From positions 1-64,000 of IMG/VR virus record IMGVR_UViG_3300049491_000350: DNA of 64,000 nucleotides; one strand, written 5' to 3'. The notes below the pieces were generated by a model, which worked only from the letters and a program-made list of their open reading frames with translations, did not search any database and was not told where the DNA came from. Positions 59,206 to 64,000 of this stretch are shown in pieces; positions within the stretch are counted from its first letter, which is position 1; the number at the start of each line of letters is the position of its first letter. Both the position numbers and the translations under genes were made by a program. The DNA comes from a virus.

Positions 59206-62200
59206 ATGAAACAACTAAGGCTATGGAGTTTAGCTCCGCTTATTATGATTGCGGTGTTTCTGTCCGGGCTGACAACAGCATCGGCACAAGCACCGTATTT
59301 GTCCTGTGATTCGTTCTGGGCTGCGAACAACAAGACGTGCAGTGGACGGCTCAACTTTAATTCAAGTGGTTTATCATCAGCTACCACAGGGATGAAACTG
59401 ATTGACACATTAAGTGAAAGGTGGATACGCAGTTATGTTGACAGAAGCCTGCCGAAGATTGGATTGAATTACAGGGATGAGTTCAAGCAAGTGAAGGTTG
59501 AGATACCTGACAGCGCAGTGGCGCAAAAGTTTTTTATGTTTGACTACTACGCAGTTGACTATGCTTATGACAGCAGGAACTCATTGTGGTGTCAGTTCAA
59601 ATACGGAGACTATTATCCGCAGCTTTCATTAGGTGTGCGCCCCATAAGTGGCGCATTGTGGCTTTGTATTGTAAGGCAATACGACACAGCAACCGCAGGT
59701 ACACACGTACCAAAGGTTTCTATTATCACACCCGTACAACCTATCGTATCAAACCAAAAGCAGAATATAATTTTTGAAGTAAACTGGCAGAGCAACTATA
59801 CCGGGTATGTTAAATTATATATTGACGGCGTTTTAAAAGCAACAGTCAATGGCCCGAATATGGATAAGTCATACAATATGTCTCAAAGGTCTTACCCTCC
59901 ATTCAGGCTTGGCAACTATCAGTTTACATGGGGCGATATAGCAACAGCACCAGCCATTACAAAACGCACTGTATTATTCAGGCATGTAGTTATTGGTGGG
60001 CAGAATATGAACATCAATCAATTGCTCCCTACGCCATCAGTACCTTCTGCATTGCAGTTAAATACATCTTCCATTACTACTGCATCATACAGGCAAGGCG
60101 GCGTACAGGCATCTGGAACAGTGTTCAACATCAAGGGCAGCAACCTTACTAGCTTCCCCGGCAATGTAACAATAACCGGAAGCACCCACTATGAAGTATC
60201 TGCAACATCTGCAACTACCGGGTTCAGCACCAGCGTAACAGTACCATACACATCTGCAACGCTTGCACAAAAGAATCTATGGGTGAGGTTGAAGTCTGGA
60301 TTATCCAGCAGTGTATATAATGCGGAAACAATATCATTTGCAAATGTTGATACAACAATATACTTGACCGTTAATGGGCAGGTGCTTGCTGCAAGCGGCA
60401 CAAACTATTACATATCTAATGCAGGTAGCGATGTTGCTGCTGGCACATCTACCGGAACTGCATGGCAAACTATTAGTAAACTGAATGCTATGTCTGGTGC
60501 GTTCTCGTCAGGAGACAGCATCTTCTTCCATCGTGGCGAAACATACTTTGGTGCTGTGAATGTAGGCAGCAGCAATTTGTATTTTGGTGCTTATGGTTTA
60601 GGAACAAGGCCTGTAATTTCTGGCTTCGTAACTGCTGGCTCATGGGTTGCTGATGTAATGACTGGCGTATGGAAAACACCAGTGAATGCAAAAAACAATT
60701 TGATTATGGTAACTAAGGATGGCAAGCCGCAGCAGATAGGCAGATACCCTAATGCTGATGCAACCAATCATGGATACCTTACGTTTGAGGGCTTCAACAC
60801 TGGCTACATAATTGACAGCCAGTTGACATCTGCTACCAACTGGACAGGCGCAGAGCTTCTGTTAAGGGGCAATGACTGGAATATTGACCGCACTATCATT
60901 ACGTCTCATTCTGGAAACAGATTGAATTACAGGGTAGGTAGGGGCGTTAGTTCATGGATAACACCATTGTTATCTATTGTAAAAGCCAATTACGGATACT
61001 TCATACAGAACGACAAGCGTACACTTGATAAGGCAGGCGAATGGTGGTATGACAGCACTGGAAAATACATCTATATGTACTCTGGCGTATCTGCGCCATC
61101 TGGCGTTAAAGTTTCTGTGATTGATACGCTGATGAATTGCAGAAACAAAAACAATATAACTATTTCGGATATTGATTTTGACGGTGCTAATATGTCTGCT
61201 ATTTATTTAAAGGATGCCAGTACGCTTACTGTTAAGAACAGCAACATCACAAACTGCGGAGCTAAAGGTGTTCATGTTTATAATACATCTGACGTTCTTG
61301 TTCAGGCTGTATCGTGTAATAACATTTTAAGCAATAGCATTTATGTCAACTCAAAAACTAAAAACAATGTAGCTATCAGGGCTTGCGCTATTAAAAACAA
61401 TGCGCCACTGGTAGGCATGGGTAGTTACTTTGAATACAACGACAACAAAGCAATCGTTGGCGTAACAAACAATTTAACTATTGAGGACAACTCTGTTGAC
61501 AGCACCGGGCTTAACGGTATTGACTGGAACGGCTCAAACGTTTTGATTCAGCATAACACCGTAAAGAATTTCTGCCTTGAACTGCATGATAACGGAGGCA
61601 TATATACTTACTTTGATATTAATGGTGGAAGCACCAACATTGCTCTTACAAACAGGGTGATAAAAGAAAATACTGTGTTGTATGGGTATGGCAATTTCAA
61701 TGGCACTCCCAGAGGAACTAACAGCGATGCAGCAGATGGAGGCGCAGGTGTTGCAGGCATCTATCTTGATGGCATAACAGCTAACGTTTCTGTGGTAGAT
61801 AACAACATTGGTTTTGTTGGCAAGAATGGTATCCATACCAATAACCCAATGAACATAACCATCACTGGCAATGTAATATGGGCTGCAAGGAACTACATAT
61901 CATTCATGGTGTGGCCTTATGGTGTTGTTGGAAACCTGCGGATAACAGGCAACGTCCTGTTCCCAAGAAACGACAGTGAGAATTTGTATTACTATACCAA
62001 TGCAAAATACTCTCCGCCTCTTGGATTGAATTTGCAGAACCTTGCATTCATAGACAGCAATTACTATTCCCTTTACAATGAGGCTGGTTTTGTTACAGAA
62101 TTTTCTAATGCTGGCAATATTATAAAGTCATCTCCTTTGAGTTATGATTCTTGGAGGGCGACAACCGGGTTCGATGCAAACAGTTATACATCTGTACGGA

Positions 62201-62889
62201 AGCCTTCATACAAAGTAACCAGTATGGTAAGCGCAAACAAAGCATCCAATGCAGGAACATTTAATTCTAACATTACCGGGTACACTGTTTATGGAACAAG
62301 CACCACTGGCTTATGGGATAATACCAACAAGATAAATGGTGGCAGCTTGAAATTCAATTTCACTGCGCCTCAAGCAGGAAGGTTTAGTTTTGTGCATTCG
62401 CCTGTTGGCGCAATAAGCAGTGCTAAAAAGTACCTGCTTAGGTACACAACGCTTGGTACAGGCTCTGGCATTACTAATGCTTATATCAGGAGGACAGCTT
62501 CTCCATACGAGAGCCTTACCCCTGTACAGAGAGGGGTATTCGGTGCTGTTGTAAAGACGCATGAGTTTTTATTCACTGCACCAACTACCGTTACAGCAGG
62601 CAGTATTGTGATTGCTATTGACCAGTCGAGCGGAGCTACTTACCTTGACAACATTCAGTTCTACGAAGTGAATGCAACGCTCCTTGATGTACTCTCTGAA
62701 ATCAGGTATGAGTACAATGATACAGGCGCAGAAAAAGTAATCACGACCTCAAGGAAATACATAACGGCAGCAGGCGAATCTATTAACGGAAAGATTACCA
62801 TGCCACCGTACTCAAGTATGATGTTCATTGATAACGGAGCAGCTACTTCGACAGCTACAAGCGGCAGGATTTTTAACAAGTATCAGTAA
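59206..62889 (+). CDS. Modular polysaccharide-degrading protein (lyase-like jelly roll, Ig-like, right-handed beta-helix, CBM-like) with signal peptide
   Basis: Signal ...TTASA|Q; VNW...GYVKLYIDG...FRLGNY; YYISNAGSD..GTS...AWQTI, GDSIFFHRGE, DNGGIY, GIYLD. Confidence 0.75.
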   Translation: MKQLRLWSLAPLIMIAVFLSGLTTASAQAPYLSCDSFWAANNKTCSGRLNFNSSGLSSATTGMKLIDTLSERWIRSYVDRSLPKIGLNYRDEFKQVKVEIPDSAVAQKFFMFDYYAVDYAYDSRNSLWCQFKYGDYYPQLSLGVRPISGALWLCIVRQYDTATAGTHVPKVSIITPVQPIVSNQKQNIIFEVNWQSNYTGYVKLYIDGVLKATVNGPNMDKSYNMSQRSYPPFRLGNYQFTWGDIATAPAITKRTVLFRHVVIGGQNMNINQLLPTPSVPSALQLNTSSITTASYRQGGVQASGTVFNIKGSNLTSFPGNVTITGSTHYEVSATSATTGFSTSVTVPYTSATLAQKNLWVRLKSGLSSSVYNAETISFANVDTTIYLTVNGQVLAASGTNYYISNAGSDVAAGTSTGTAWQTISKLNAMSGAFSSGDSIFFHRGETYFGAVNVGSSNLYFGAYGLGTRPVISGFVTAGSWVADVMTGVWKTPVNAKNNLIMVTKDGKPQQIGRYPNADATNHGYLTFEGFNTGYIIDSQLTSATNWTGAELLLRGNDWNIDRTIITSHSGNRLNYRVGRGVSSWITPLLSIVKANYGYFIQNDKRTLDKAGEWWYDSTGKYIYMYSGVSAPSGVKVSVIDTLMNCRNKNNITISDIDFDGANMSAIYLKDASTLTVKNSNITNCGAKGVHVYNTSDVLVQAVSCNNILSNSIYVNSKTKNNVAIRACAIKNNAPLVGMGSYFEYNDNKAIVGVTNNLTIEDNSVDSTGLNGIDWNGSNVLIQHNTVKNFCLELHDNGGIYTYFDINGGSTNIALTNRVIKENTVLYGYGNFNGTPRGTNSDAADGGAGVAGIYLDGITANVSVVDNNIGFVGKNGIHTNNPMNITITGNVIWAARNYISFMVWPYGVVGNLRITGNVLFPRNDSENLYYYTNAKYSPPLGLNLQNLAFIDSNYYSLYNEAGFVTEFSNAGNIIKSSPLSYDSWRATTGFDANSYTSVRKPSYKVTSMVSANKASNAGTFNSNITGYTVYGTSTTGLWDNTNKINGGSLKFNFTAPQAGRFSFVHSPVGAISSAKKYLLRYTTLGTGSGITNAYIRRTASPYESLTPVQRGVFGAVVKTHEFLFTAPTTVTAGSIVIAIDQSSGATYLDNIQFYEVNATLLDVLSEIRYEYNDTGAEKVITTSRKYITAAGESINGKITMPPYSSMMFIDNGAATSTATSGRIFNKYQ

Positions 62890-62909
62890 ACCAAAAAAAA
62901 CAAAGACTT

Positions 62910-63179
62910 ATGAACCGCTTTAGTTTGCAATTGCGTGATTGGCTGAAAGGTTTAATCATCGCCGTAGGTACACCAGTGTTGTATTTAATGCAAGAGTTGA
63001 TTCCAAACTGGAATCTTACTCCAATCGAAAAGGCTGCGCTGTCAGCATTTGTAACTTACATGCTGAAAAACCTTTTCACTGATGATGTAAAGGCTGCAAA
63101 GAAAACACTGGTTAAGGCAAAGGAAATCGAGAAAAAGGCAGAGGAAAAGCAGCAGCAGAAAAATGATTACCCAGAGTAA
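62910..63179 (+). CDS. Holin-like membrane protein
   Basis: DWLKGLIIAV...AALSAFVTYMLKNLFT; two hydrophobic segments and a charged tail. Confidence 0.55.
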   Translation: MNRFSLQLRDWLKGLIIAVGTPVLYLMQELIPNWNLTPIEKAALSAFVTYMLKNLFTDDVKAAKKTLVKAKEIEKKAEEKQQQKNDYPE

Positions 63180-63262
63180 CAACCTGACACTGGCTCTCCG
63201 ATGAGAAGCCCAACAAAGAGTAAATTATTAAAGACCAATGAACAACATTTGGAAAATATTTT

Positions 63263-63640
63263 ATGAATGCAAACGACAAAATTTTAGCAGGATTGATTTT
63301 ACTTTCTTTCTGCTGTTCGTTGGTCGCTCTTTTTTTTGGAAAGAACAACGACTTCAAGACCGGGTTAAAAATGTTATTCGGAGGGTTCTTCTTTGGGTGT
63401 GTTTCTGCCTACGTTGTACATGATGGTACATTTTTTGAATGGATTAAGCGGCTTGTAGTTTTGCTGACAAGCATGTTTGGCAAGCCACTGTACGATAAGA
63501 TTAGCATAAGGATTGGAGCTTGGCTTGATAAGATAGTAACAGCAAAGGTTGATTCGGTTTCTACCTCTATTAAATCTGAACCGCAAGATGAAACAAAAAC
63601 ACTAAACAAAACATCAAGCAATGACACTTCTAATAGTTAA
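63263..63640 (+). CDS. Holin-like multi-TM protein
   Basis: Three hydrophobic segments and a polar C-terminus. Confidence 0.5.
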   Translation: MNANDKILAGLILLSFCCSLVALFFGKNNDFKTGLKMLFGGFFFGCVSAYVVHDGTFFEWIKRLVVLLTSMFGKPLYDKISIRIGAWLDKIVTAKVDSVSTSIKSEPQDETKTLNKTSSNDTSNS

Positions 63641-64000
63641 CGGCATATTTTTCTTGGTATGCTCCCTCTTTGGAATGTACAGCATGTACAAAAACGATTG
63701 CATCATAACAAACAGATGGCTGTTCCTGACGGGATGGTTTTTGTTTGTTTGTACCATCAGCCTGTCTGCTATCAACTTCCTAAATTATTTTACAGCGCAG
63801 GGTATAATCAGTTTTAGTTTTGCTACACTTGGCATAGGGCTACGTGCAAGCGTGTCTGACTATGTTACAGGTGGGGCAACAATATTATTTGCATTGTATT
63901 TATTTTCGCTCCGTAAAAAATGTATGAATGCAGAGTACCTTCCGAGGACATTCAGGATATGGATAACAAGGTGGTGGCACTCATTCAAATACAGGCGGCA
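63621..64000 (+). CDS. Membrane protein, truncated by window end (not in ORF track)
   Basis: MTLLIVNGIFFLVCSLFG...; open to the end with three hydrophobic segments. Confidence 0.55.
   Translation, partial: MTLLIVNGIFFLVCSLFGMYSMYKNDCIITNRWLFLTGWFLFVCTISLSAINFLNYFTAQGIISFSFATLGIGLRASVSDYVTGGATILFALYLFSLRKKCMNAEYLPRTFRIWITRWWHSFKYRR

Noticed and set aside
55864-62889. Diversity-generating retroelement or invertible fibre cassette
   Set aside because: No reverse transcriptase, recombinase or template/variable repeat pair seen in the window
1794-63262. TAAAATATTTTA as an intrinsic terminator or host sigma70 promoter
   Set aside because: No GC stem or loop, and no match to TAnnTTTG; separate terminators and promoters are present
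1-64000. Stop-codon reassignment as in some crAss-like phages
   Set aside because: Long genes are intact and densely packed under code 11; TAG (11895) and TGA (9445, 21085) end genes at sensible junctions
1-64000. Integrated prophage with att sites or host flanks
   Set aside because: No integrase, host housekeeping region or boundary in the window; lifestyle cannot be determined

Overview
The window is a contiguous ~64 kb stretch of a tailed dsDNA phage genome. The host is inferred to be Bacteroidota from TAnnTTTG promoters, AT-rich leaders without Shine-Dalgarno sites, and signal peptides followed by Gln. Almost all genes lie on the + strand. Order: repeat-rich putative origin; RHH regulator, DUF4373-type initiator and DnaB; about 35 small accessory genes (HNH, MazG, HAD phosphatase, DUF5131, SMC-like ATPase, wHTH, lipoproteins); then a podovirus/crAss-like virion module (terminase, two GroES-like genes, portal, scaffold, major capsid, ring proteins, P22 gp10-like muzzle, three ejection proteins including a 3170 aa protein with no recognisable RNA polymerase motif); then CHAP endolysin, fibre/depolymerase genes and holin-like genes. 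Notable signals: (1) a 12-bp palindrome TAAAATATTTTA marks about 20 gene junctions and often supplies the stop codon. (2) Fibre- and spike-like proteins carry Sec signal peptides, the shell and tail proteins are Cys-rich, the ejection proteins have no Cys, and a CxxC membrane protein sits among the structural genes; together these suggest a periplasm/disulfide-linked virion maturation system. (3) There is a ~150-nt multi-stem intergenic RNA, an attenuator-like switch upstream of the packaging genes, and parS-like sites. All family calls come from motif recognition by eye; no database search was run.
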